In this document: piece after piece, positions 56,089-64,000 of the stretch
How the letters are laid out: each line of letters starts with the position of its first letter
Numbering within the stretch: position 1 is the stretch's first letter
Source: a virus
IMG/VR virus record: IMGVR_UViG_3300035698_006513
Direction: 5' to 3' (one strand)
DNA length: 64,000 bases
The notes under the pieces: generated by a model
What the model saw: the letters and a program-made list of their open reading frames with translations, nothing else
The model's database searches: none
What the model was told of the DNA's origin: nothing
Made by a program: the position numbers and the translations under genes

Positions 56089-56419
56089 GAGGATCTCCTC
56101 TGTTAAGTGTGGGGTATCTTTCCCTCAATGTAGCAAGTAAAGATGATGACCTACACGTGTATGAATCGGTTTCACGTAACACGGGTATACCTGTGTCTAA
56201 TACTTCCACGATTGTGTATATACGTTTGGACGTGTCCTCTAATAGGAACATAGATGACCCAGCAGGGTGTTGCGTCCAGAAAAACTCTATACACATACTA
56301 AAGAAAGCGCTGCCTGTAATCCCTATACGCGCTTTCATACGCTCAACATAACGAGTCATATCTTTATTGAGATGGAACCTATATTCTGTTCCTTGAGTTT
56401 TACTCTTCTTTTGAGGCAT
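56066..56419 (-). CDS. Ribbon-helix-helix DNA-binding protein
   Basis: EYRFHLNKDMTRYVERMKARIGITGSAFFSMCIEFF fits the RHH beta-alpha-alpha pattern. Confidence 0.55.
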   Translation of the reverse strand: MPQKKSKTQGTEYRFHLNKDMTRYVERMKARIGITGSAFFSMCIEFFWTQHPAGSSMFLLEDTSKRIYTIVEVLDTGIPVLRETDSYTCRSSSLLATLRERYPTLNRGDPHVFSRKV

Positions 56420-56455
56420 AAGGTATTGAACTCGTACGTAGTAAAGGAGATTGAT

Positions 56456-57298
56456 ATGAGTAACCTAAGTACCATACGTGAGCCGTTCTGGGCTAAGACA
56501 TTAGACGGATACTTCTACAAAAAAGAAGTGGTGATGCCTGCAGGCAAGCGTCGAATAAACCTGATACGCTGGAATAGTAGAGCTAAATCGTATAGCACAG
56601 AGCAGCTGGTATGCGATGGCAATCTTATGGACACAAAGGACGCTGTTGTGGAGAAGTTAATCGCATCAGGATGGGAAACTGATGTGGATGCCGCAGATTT
56701 AGATACGCCTACTGTGTCTAAGTGGGTGGATTGGCCAGAGGGCTTTGAATTCCGTGCGCCTATTGTAAACCCCAACATAGATAAGCTTGGGAATAGTATG
56801 GATGAGCCCGCTTTATGGGCAGGTATTGCGGGGAAAGCGGTCATCATTGTGTACACAAAGACGTTCATCAAAGTGTACACAAGTAAAGGAGAGACCGCTA
56901 CTGCTCCCAAAAGAATACTAAGAGAGTTCATGCGCATGTTCGAGCCCGAGACTATTGGGAGAGGGGTAATCGCACACGATGCCTTACACCTTTGGGACAC
57001 TCCGATAAAGAACGGGGTTGATCTCATGGCGTTCAAACCTACACGGATGAGGATACACAAAAAAGAAGGGGTGTGCATAAAACCTTATCATAAGCTGAAA
57101 GCAGAGGCACAAGTTCCATTCATTATATTAACTGATGGAAATAAGCGTGCGGAGAAAACCGCTTATGGGGTGGGTACACACAGTGACGTTAGTTATCTCC
57201 ACGGGACGTGGGTGTTCCATCCCACTGCGTTACCTCTTCAAGTGCGAAACGATCCTCAGCAGATAGTTCCTCTTCTAACGCGTCAGCATCAGTCGTAA
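56456..57298 (+). CDS. Degenerate ATP-dependent ligase-like protein with WGR-like N-terminus
   Basis: IKVYTSKG and LHLWDTPIKNGVDL..R resemble ligase motifs; KxDG absent at expected site; AAGGAG SD. Confidence 0.45.
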   Translation: MSNLSTIREPFWAKTLDGYFYKKEVVMPAGKRRINLIRWNSRAKSYSTEQLVCDGNLMDTKDAVVEKLIASGWETDVDAADLDTPTVSKWVDWPEGFEFRAPIVNPNIDKLGNSMDEPALWAGIAGKAVIIVYTKTFIKVYTSKGETATAPKRILREFMRMFEPETIGRGVIAHDALHLWDTPIKNGVDLMAFKPTRMRIHKKEGVCIKPYHKLKAEAQVPFIILTDGNKRAEKTAYGVGTHSDVSYLHGTWVFHPTALPLQVRNDPQQIVPLLTRQHQS

Positions 57299-57596
57299 TA
57301 CTGATACCTAGTATAGCTACTCCTGCATGTTGCGCGGCTTCGACATTATCAGCAATATCTGACATGCTGATAATTTCTTTGTCCACTAACGCACGCAACG
57401 CAGCTATAGCTAGTACGTTAGTGTCAGAGTTTAAAGAAATAACACGCAGTAACTCCTGAATGGAGGTTTGAAACGCAGCAAGTGTCTCATCCTTCCATTC
57501 AGAGTAAGCCTGCGTTTTATTAGGTATTGTAGTAATATACGGCTCAGAATCTACATCTACAATATCAGCAGGTAGGGGTGGTAGTTCTAGCAACAT
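57189..57596 (-). CDS. Acidic hypothetical protein
   Basis: AAGGAG SD. Confidence 0.55.
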   Translation of the reverse strand: MLLELPPLPADIVDVDSEPYITTIPNKTQAYSEWKDETLAAFQTSIQELLRVISLNSDTNVLAIAALRALVDKEIISMSDIADNVEAAQHAGVAILGISITTDADALEEELSAEDRFALEEVTQWDGTPTSRGDN

Positions 57597-57605
57597 ATCA
57601 TCTCC

Positions 57606-57854
57606 TTACAAAGGTTCTTGCATAAGATCATCAAGCTCTTGCTCAACCGTATCTATTCTTGTACGTAAACTGCCTAGAAACTCTTCAATAGTATCAGTGG
57701 ACACGACGCCTTTTTGTTCCTCTACCCAAATAACATTATCGGGGGATTCTCCCTCTACGGGGATAAACGGGTCCAGTAGCTCGATAACAGTGAGCATAAG
57801 TTGCCGTTTCTCTGACAGTAACGTATACCTCTCTAACGCCTCGCGGAATTCCAT
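57606..57854 (-). CDS. Small acidic hypothetical protein
   Basis: TAATG coupling to upstream gene. Confidence 0.55.
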   Translation of the reverse strand: MEFREALERYTLLSEKRQLMLTVIELLDPFIPVEGESPDNVIWVEEQKGVVSTDTIEEFLGSLRTRIDTVEQELDDLMQEPL

Positions 57855-58525
57855 TAGCCTAAAAACTCCTTCAGACGCTTATCAATGTCCTGCCCATGCA
57901 TCGTATCTTCTATGATTCGCCACCAAGGGTACACAACTCTCTCGTACTCTCGCATCTCGAACTCACGAAACTCGTCCATGTGCTGAGCTTCGGAAAGAAT
58001 ACGTATGTCTCTTTTGTGCCATAGGGATACTATGTCACACTCACCCTTGAGACACTGCATCAGTTGTATAATGAGGCTACGAATCTCCCACATCTCTCTC
58101 CGGAAAGGACCCAAAGCAGTGACTGTGTTTTCTCGTAGACAAGTTTTCATACAGTGTGGGCAGTTTACAATGTCACCACTAAAGTATTGAGCAGAGAACG
58201 GCTTATAACATTGGGGATGGGCACAGAAGTGCATAGACACATCCCCTTCTCCAGATAAGCGCTTACCACTTTCCCATACACGTATCTTTGCGTGAGTAAC
58301 ATGTCTCGTGGATCGCGTAGAACCAAACGTGATTTCGATACGAAAGGGTGCCATTTTGTGTTTGGCTTTATCCGCAGCTCTACTATCACTGTCCTCTTTT
58401 AGGATACGATCTCGCTGTTCTCTAGAGAACCTCAAGTCCTTTGGAAGACCGTCAACTACTTTCTGTAGTGCTTTCTTAGTACTCAGCTCCTCCCTAGAAG
58501 GAGGTTTAGAGAAAGAGAAGTTCAT
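57854..58525 (-). CDS. Zn-ribbon-containing hypothetical protein
   Basis: CAHPQC..CPHC; GGAGG SD before ATG 58525. Confidence 0.6.
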   Translation of the reverse strand: MNFSFSKPPSREELSTKKALQKVVDGLPKDLRFSREQRDRILKEDSDSRAADKAKHKMAPFRIEITFGSTRSTRHVTHAKIRVWESGKRLSGEGDVSMHFCAHPQCYKPFSAQYFSGDIVNCPHCMKTCLRENTVTALGPFRREMWEIRSLIIQLMQCLKGECDIVSLWHKRDIRILSEAQHMDEFREFEMREYERVVYPWWRIIEDTMHGQDIDKRLKEFLG

Positions 58526-58526
58526 A

Positions 58527-59057
58527 TCATCCTCCTGACGAACTTGAGTACGCACCCCGCATACCACGCTCACCATCTGGGGTACCAGCGCCGGATTGGG
58601 GTACATTACGTGGACCAGATAAAACTGCGTTTCCTTGGCCATCGTTCACGTAAAAAAATGCAGTGTCTACTTGGTCAGACGCACTCTCATACACAGATAA
58701 GTCCAACGCTTCAAATATCCTAGATGCATCATCGTTGTTACGAATTGAACCTGCAATAGTATATCCCTGCACCAGCTTACTAGGCATGGATCCTTCAGCA
58801 GGCTTTAACCTGTAGGTACGACTGCAATGTATGCGCATACTGTCCGGCCAATCTTGCGTAGCCATCAATAAACGCAGAAACACGTCTAATATGAGTTGCC
58901 TATTGGCAGGACCTGCTCCGAAAACTCTGAAACTTGCGGGTCCTGTAACGGTACCATCACCCTCCATCTCCATGACACGCATAACACGGTATCTCTGTAG
59001 TAGATCTCGTACAGCGTCTACTAGACGAGGTTGTGCTTCATTATTTTGTGTAGTCAT
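58527..59057 (-). CDS. Hypothetical protein
   Basis: ATGA coupling. Confidence 0.55.
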   Translation of the reverse strand: MTTQNNEAQPRLVDAVRDLLQRYRVMRVMEMEGDGTVTGPASFRVFGAGPANRQLILDVFLRLLMATQDWPDSMRIHCSRTYRLKPAEGSMPSKLVQGYTIAGSIRNNDDASRIFEALDLSVYESASDQVDTAFFYVNDGQGNAVLSGPRNVPQSGAGTPDGERGMRGAYSSSSGG

Positions 59058-59320
59058 TTACCTTTCACCATCAATTTAAACTCCCCGTCGTTAAAACTAG
59101 CCCGCGCATAAAACTCTTCGGGTACGTTCAAAACGGCGCGAAATGTTTGTGTTTTAGCTTGTACTGCCAATATAGGTTCATTTTTAGCCACAGGTACGCA
59201 AAACTCGCAGTAATGCTTACCTTCTATCAGCTCTAGTGCAGAGTCCTTACAAGGACTTCCACACATTGAACACGAATTGACTTCTACTACGTCAGCTACA
59301 GGAGTTTCTGTGGAACACAT
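59054..59320 (-). CDS. Small Zn-finger protein
   Basis: CSMC..YCEFC. Confidence 0.55.
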   Translation of the reverse strand: MCSTETPVADVVEVNSCSMCGSPCKDSALELIEGKHYCEFCVPVAKNEPILAVQAKTQTFRAVLNVPEEFYARASFNDGEFKLMVKGK

Positions 59321-59799
59321 TGTCTCACCCTAATACAATAAGATTTAGTGATCCCTGAGATAGGTGCATAAGGAGATTTAGACCCGGTCACAATAATAAT
59401 ATCATCCGGATAGGTCTTTAGCTCACCCACACGTAATCCAAAGAACACAGGAGATACAGGCAACCCCACACCAGAGAAGAACGTAGTTACCTTGCCTACT
59501 AAAATATAAGTAGGATGCAGCCCTTCTGCTATCAGTTTGGATACCTGTGCGTGCAGACCAACCAACATAGAGGAGTAACTCCCGCTAACCTCCTCTATGT
59601 CGCCAGTCTTAGCCATTTCTTCTACGGAAGAAGTGTATGTGTCTAGTTCCGCGCCCGGTTGTACTGACTCCTCTATCACAATGAGGTCACCCTCTACATC
59701 AAACAGTACAGACTTAGTGTCCTCACAGAACAACTCCCTATGATGGGCGGATATTTCTGTAGGAGGTATCATACCAAAACGCTTTACTACAGTACTCAT
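59296..59799 (-). CDS. Hypothetical protein
   Basis: Operon order; C-terminal PTYILVG..FFGLRV..P..II. Confidence 0.55.
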   Translation of the reverse strand: MSTVVKRFGMIPPTEISAHHRELFCEDTKSVLFDVEGDLIVIEESVQPGAELDTYTSSVEEMAKTGDIEEVSGSYSSMLVGLHAQVSKLIAEGLHPTYILVGKVTTFFSGVGLPVSPVFFGLRVGELKTYPDDIIIVTGSKSPYAPISGITKSYCIRVRQCVPQKLL

Positions 59800-59802
59800 A
59801 AG

Positions 59803-60111
59803 TTAATCTTCCTGTAATTCTACACCAAAGATGTCGCCCTCGTGGAATATCCAATACTCCAGCCCGTCTTTGTCGTGAGATCGTACCAGATTAATAAGGT
59901 TTACGCTCTCAATAAGAGCGATTGACCCTACTACGAGAAACTCATCTCTAACATCAGGGCCGATAGATACAACATTCATGGGAATCGTAGTATTTATTGT
60001 AGACTGCTGTTCCGCATAAACATTGAGAATTGGGCTGATGTCGCGAATAGGTGCGCGAGTACAGAGTACTCTATCCTTTATCGGACGTATCCACGGTTGT
60101 GGGTTTGTCAC
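59803..60111 (-). CDS. groES: GroES-like co-chaperonin
   Basis: IRPIKDRVL, VVSIGPDV, VVG, EYWIFHEGDIFGV; AAAGGAG SD before GTG 60111. Confidence 0.75.
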   Translation of the reverse strand: MTNPQPWIRPIKDRVLCTRAPIRDISPILNVYAEQQSTINTTIPMNVVSIGPDVRDEFLVVGSIALIESVNLINLVRSHDKDGLEYWIFHEGDIFGVELQED

Positions 60112-60484
60112 GTTTTGGTCTCCTTTGTCTCTTTTTCTTTGGAGCTGAGGATGCCTCCACCAACGCAACGACGCCGGTGCGGTATGACAGAGCATAGTCA
60201 GACTCTCCGGATCCTTCGTAGTAGAAGACATATCCGTCATCTCCAAATTTAGCCATCTGCACTAATGACACTAAAGTACCGTCGACAGTGAATAAGAAGC
60301 TCTTACCGACGCCTTCTACATTTGGGATAGTAGACTGCCCCGCTACAAAGTCTGCCTCAGACATAATCTGAGGCAGTAGTAGCTGCTTGCGCTCAGACTC
60401 CAACCGTGTGAGGTCTGCTGCGGATACTTCGTCAAACTCTACGCCCTTATGATACATCTTTGGTATCCTCAGAGCCCATGACAT
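60071..60484 (-). CDS. Hypothetical protein with basic tail
   Basis: Operon order. Confidence 0.5.
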   Translation of the reverse strand: MSWALRIPKMYHKGVEFDEVSAADLTRLESERKQLLLPQIMSEADFVAGQSTIPNVEGVGKSFLFTVDGTLVSLVQMAKFGDDGYVFYYEGSGESDYALSYRTGVVALVEASSAPKKKRQRRPKRDKPTTVDTSDKG

Positions 60485-60773
60485 AGAGCTCTACGTTGCC
60501 AGCTGTCAGTATAAATCTCATATTAGCAGGCGTATCATCAGGTTGAGGTAGCGATAGTTGTAGTACCCAACCGTCCGAGCCTTTTTTATATGCCTGCACC
60601 ATACCCATAGCCGTATCATTAAGTAGCACGTACGTTTTATCCTGCTCAGGGTCTCTGCCGTACAGAAAATCAGCACTTTCCACTATTTCATGGAAGTTAC
60701 TAGGATGCTGATTTTCGATGTGTTCCTTTATTCCCACAACAGTGGAACTTTCGCACGCTATTTTTGTACTCAT
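60447..60773 (-). CDS. Hypothetical protein
   Basis: ATGA coupling. Confidence 0.5.
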   Translation of the reverse strand: MSTKIACESSTVVGIKEHIENQHPSNFHEIVESADFLYGRDPEQDKTYVLLNDTAMGMVQAYKKGSDGWVLQLSLPQPDDTPANMRFILTAGNVELYVMGSEDTKDVS

Positions 60774-61141
60774 GATGCTTCTTCTAACCCCAGGGCTAAC
60801 TCAACGTTGTCGTTAATGTGAGTTTCGGGTGTAGGGGCGATCTCTTCCGTAGGATACATACGTGTTCCTGGCTCAGGAAGAACCTCGCCATTTCTGCTAC
60901 GGTACGCGAGGAAGTCTTTACGAAACTTATCTGAGGGTGCAGCTGGTGACGCGTTCTCTCTAGTTAAGCACATCAACCGCATAGGCTTCTGGCCAGAGTC
61001 AGTGTACCAAATGAGGTAACTGTGCGTTTCTTTTTGACCACGACCGTTATCCTCAGTAACGTTTACGAACCAGGTTTCGGCAGAGACCATACCTTGGATA
61101 CCGTAAGGAGTATTCTCTTCGGATCTAATATCTTCGGACAT
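60770..61141 (-). CDS. Hypothetical protein
   Basis: Operon order. Confidence 0.55.
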   Translation of the reverse strand: MSEDIRSEENTPYGIQGMVSAETWFVNVTEDNGRGQKETHSYLIWYTDSGQKPMRLMCLTRENASPAAPSDKFRKDFLAYRSRNGEVLPEPGTRMYPTEEIAPTPETHINDNVELALGLEEAS

Positions 61142-61144
61142 ATC

Positions 61145-61537
61145 TTATTCTTCCTTTCTAACTGTTCTGGTTACATATGGCCCATATCTAGATATACCTA
61201 ACTCTAGTATTAAGCCGTTTTCTAATTCTAGCGCTTGTATACCGTCCCCCTGCATCTGAACTCTGGAGATACGGTAAGTACACAACATAGCCGCAATCGC
61301 TTCCGGTGGGAGTCTTTCGTCTATACTTTCTCCGCCTTTACACACAGCGTAATACTTGTCAGGAGTTACTGTTCTAGCTGGCAGTGTTGGTGTTTCCTGT
61401 AACCACGAAGTTTCTCCCGGGCATCTGGGGCATGGGTACAGTTTAGACAGCTCCATATACAACACAGGCGTAACTTCACCTATTACATGTAGCAATAATC
61501 CGCATGTGTCACATGTGCTGTATATATCTATATGCAT
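61145..61537 (-). CDS. Zn-ribbon hypothetical protein
   Basis: CDTC..CPRC. Confidence 0.55.
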   Translation of the reverse strand: MHIDIYSTCDTCGLLLHVIGEVTPVLYMELSKLYPCPRCPGETSWLQETPTLPARTVTPDKYYAVCKGGESIDERLPPEAIAAMLCTYRISRVQMQGDGIQALELENGLILELGISRYGPYVTRTVRKEE

Positions 61538-61539
61538 AC

Positions 61540-62109
61540 TTATACAGAGCTCACACCATCTTCATCCGCATCAGCAGATGTAGGTGCTTTGGGTATGCTA
61601 GGGAATGCGGGTCTAAATGCAGCAGGACTATGTGACTGCACACTAACCACTTCTTTTTTTACTGTCTCGTACAGCAAGCTAATACTCTGCTCACTCATTT
61701 CCTCCAGCTTAATTCCCTGCTTCGCTGTGCGTTCCTGCATGATATTTATAACAATGTTATCCAGCGCAGACAACTCAGGTGCATCCGTGTCTGCTGGAGG
61801 CTCTACTATAGCGGCTGCAGATTGTGTGGCAATTTGTTGCTGTGCTAGTGCTGCCTCTTGGAGCATACCATCCAGGTTTTTCTCACCAACATCGTATGGA
61901 GTATCTGGTCCTACCGGAGGTATAGATACAGATACTGGAACAGGAGCTTGCGCTCTTGCTTGAACAGGTGCGTTTAGATTAGACAGTACTGTGAACGTCT
62001 CCTCGGAGATAGGGACAGTGTGCTCAGTACCCCCAGACAGAACCACTAATGTCGTACGCTCTTCATTTGTACCGATTGCTGTGAATTTACCGAATCCTAA
62101 TATACGCAT
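61540..62109 (-). CDS. Hypothetical protein with acidic C-terminus
   Basis: GAGG SD; ends DADEDGVSSV. Confidence 0.55.
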   Translation of the reverse strand: MRILGFGKFTAIGTNEERTTLVVLSGGTEHTVPISEETFTVLSNLNAPVQARAQAPVPVSVSIPPVGPDTPYDVGEKNLDGMLQEAALAQQQIATQSAAAIVEPPADTDAPELSALDNIVINIMQERTAKQGIKLEEMSEQSISLLYETVKKEVVSVQSHSPAAFRPAFPSIPKAPTSADADEDGVSSV

Positions 62110-62129
62110 TGCGTAATTCCTCTTATAAG

Positions 62130-62687
62130 TTAGAAGCCTAGTACAAGATTAGGTATTCCTATACAAGGGACACAATGTACGCCTTGAGTAGTGACTTCAG
62201 GCTGTTTATGACATATACACAATTCACCTTCGTCTAGAATCCCCCCAGTATCTCCATTTATAACGCGGAACACCTCACCAACCTCAACATCCATAAAGGA
62301 TTTTGGTGCTTTAAATGCACCTGCTGTCCACACTTGTACTTTTTTGAAGTTCCTAATCGTACTTTCAAGTTTCTGGGGCTTGCGTACTTCTTCTCCTTCT
62401 TGTACTACGCGGACAAAGTTAGTATGGGCTCCTACTTCCCTGTACTCAAGGAGGATAGATCTGTCGCTACGCTCTTTTGTGTTTAACTCTTCCAATACAT
62501 CTGCGGTAATTGTCTCGTACTCCACCCCTGTAGGGATAGCAGCGCGGGACATGTTAACTGCGGATACGTAGAGTCTCGTACCATCTCGCCATAAACTCTC
62601 TCCTGTGCACACTTCAACAAAGAATTCCATAAAACTGCTCCTACCATATTTAGGTCCGTCTAAGGGTAATCCATCAGCAGACATCAT
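62130..62687 (-). CDS. Hypothetical protein
   Basis: ATGA coupling; AGGAG SD. Confidence 0.55.
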   Translation of the reverse strand: MMSADGLPLDGPKYGRSSFMEFFVEVCTGESLWRDGTRLYVSAVNMSRAAIPTGVEYETITADVLEELNTKERSDRSILLEYREVGAHTNFVRVVQEGEEVRKPQKLESTIRNFKKVQVWTAGAFKAPKSFMDVEVGEVFRVINGDTGGILDEGELCICHKQPEVTTQGVHCVPCIGIPNLVLGF

Positions 62688-63187
62688 TTATCTCCTGCAA
62701 CAGGGGTCACGTATGGGAGATTATGCGTATTAGCAAGATACTCAGGTACCTCTATAACAAGATTCTCCCACGCACCTTCTTCTTGACTAATAGAGTCTAT
62801 ATGTACTACGCGGTACGATCCTCTCTGTAGGGATATTTTGCGTCTACTGAAATAAGCAGTATCGGCTCCACGGGTCTCTATGTATAATTTAGAGCAAGTA
62901 ACGCGTACAAACGCTGCCTCATCGCCGCCACCAGATAGATCTAATGGAATGTTGACGTCATCCAACTCAGGCTGATACGTCGACGAAGACTTGCTTTCTT
63001 TCTTTATGACTATTTCCGCGGGATCGGACTTAACATACTCAACAACTTCATTGACATCAAATCTAATCTTAGACCCAACTCGGAAGAAGGGGTAACCATA
63101 CGTCTGTACGCATCTATCCAGGGTACGAACTGAGATGCCAAGTATCCCGGACATTCCCTTACGGTCCACTATATGTAAACCACTCAT
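62684..63187 (-). CDS. Excisionase/MerR-like HTH DNA-binding protein
   Basis: MSGILGISVRTLDR..G.PF.RVGSKIRFD.NEV (HTH_17-like). Confidence 0.75.
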   Translation of the reverse strand: MSGLHIVDRKGMSGILGISVRTLDRCVQTYGYPFFRVGSKIRFDVNEVVEYVKSDPAEIVIKKESKSSSTYQPELDDVNIPLDLSGGGDEAAFVRVTCSKLYIETRGADTAYFSRRKISLQRGSYRVVHIDSISQEEGAWENLVIEVPEYLANTHNLPYVTPVAGDK

Positions 63188-63199
63188 ATCAACCTCACG

Positions 63200-63222
63200 T
63201 TTGGCAAAGCCACTTTGCCAAA
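63200..63222. promoter_or_regulatory. 10-bp inverted repeat TTTGGCAAAG-CCA-CTTTGCCAAA upstream of HTH gene
   Basis: Read directly; just upstream of the GAGG SD. Confidence 0.55.
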
Positions 63223-63312
63223 ATTCTTCGCTTTTGGGTCAGCTACTACAATTAAAATATTATATCGGGGGGAGTGACGTCATATACCCGCACCTCTGAA
63301 TATTGCACGGTA

Positions 63313-63702
63313 CTACTCTGCCTCGAGGAAGTCTGTATGCAACTCACTGATAATAATGGGGGGGGTATTGGATCGATGGTCGTCGTATACTAGGCGTATA
63401 TTACCTTTGGGTATACGTTCTTCATAAAAAATGTTTGCGCCTAGGAGTGTGTCATGTACCCATTTTCCTTCGCGGTACAACTCTTCTAAGACTAATTCAG
63501 ATAGCTCATCCACATCCCACGACAGCATGTGCCTAGCTAAGGCTTCTGGGCTGTGTGCCGCAAATAAAACATGCTCCCTGATTCCCTGTTCCAGTGTAGG
63601 GTTCAATGATATTAGCTCAAGTGCAACTCCGTGCAGCGCTACTACATCCGCTTTCTTAGCAAATGTCTCACCATTTCCCTTACGGTTGATAATAAGACTC
63701 AT
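63313..63702 (-). CDS. Hypothetical protein
   Basis: AAGGAAG SD; TLLGANI..IPKGNI.LV. Confidence 0.55.
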   Translation of the reverse strand: MSLIINRKGNGETFAKKADVVALHGVALELISLNPTLEQGIREHVLFAAHSPEALARHMLSWDVDELSELVLEELYREGKWVHDTLLGANIFYEERIPKGNIRLVYDDHRSNTPPIIISELHTDFLEAE

Positions 63703-63793
63703 AGTAATTCTTCCTTGTGTATTAGAGGTTAATTATTTAGGGGTTGTATGAATGGTATAGGTAAAAAAGGAGGGTGTAAATAAGAAACGGGGT

Positions 63794-63988
63794 GAGCACT
63801 TATCATAATCATCAAAGTGCTCGGTGTACCAGGCTCGAGAAAAGTTATTAGATGCCCTAGTGCTGACGCAGACCCTTTTTCTGCAGCTGTCCTTAGGGCA
63901 GCTGGTGTTCGATGATTCCGTGTAGGGCGTAACTTTAGGTTTATTTGCCTGGTACGGGCAATACCTGCGCACTGTGAACTTTGTGCGC
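63794..63988. ncRNA. Candidate structured non-coding element (may extend beyond window)
   Basis: At least six complementary pairings in about 200 nt and no convincing ORF. Confidence 0.3.
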
Positions 63989-64000
63989 TCCTCTCTAGGT

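Noticed and set aside
9231-58535. Three proteins end in Gly-Gly (8586..9248 RRGG, 47492..48292 SEGG, 58527..59057 SSGG), suggestive of E1 substrates
   Set aside because: In each case the Gly codons overlap or abut the purine-rich Shine-Dalgarno region of the next gene, and none looks like a beta-grasp ubiquitin-like fold.
63733-63972. 79-aa minus-strand ORF
   Set aside because: Runs through the stem-rich region and the AT-rich upstream region of the next gene, with no recognisable protein features.
1-64000. tRNA or rRNA genes, integrase, transposase
   Set aside because: None recognised by eye; tRNAscan-SE or ARAGORN would be needed to exclude tRNAs formally.

Overview
The window is a segment of a large tailed dsDNA phage genome, probably a contractile-tailed (myovirus-like) phage. 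It uses the standard genetic code, and I saw no rRNA, tRNA or CRISPR array. Region 1-13.4 kb (+) is a replication/recombination operon: DnaB-like helicase, a primase fused in frame to a gp32-like SSB, a family A DNA polymerase split by a group I intron carrying an HNH endonuclease, HU-like protein, RecA, a resolvase-Cas4-like double nuclease and RusA, followed by a stand-alone ThiF/E1-like enzyme. Region 13.4-44.3 kb (mostly -) holds tail/baseplate genes (baseplate J-like, gp25-like, hub-like, tape measure, PKD/Ig-domain proteins) with an embedded sigma70-family factor. Region 44.3-50.8 kb is accessory: a membrane protein + histidine kinase + response regulator operon, a papain-fold putative endolysin and a class II ribonucleotide reductase. 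Region 51-64 kb (mostly -) has many small hypothetical genes, GroES, RHH/HTH regulators, a degenerate ligase-like protein and a stem-rich non-coding stretch at the window end. The strongest novelty candidates are the phage-encoded two-component operon near lysis-like genes, the orphan E1-like enzyme, three in-frame fusions that keep internal ribosome-binding sites, and the intron whose endonuclease ORF lies in the P1 loop and overlaps the guide sequence. All product calls come from motif recognition by eye; no database search or folding program was run.
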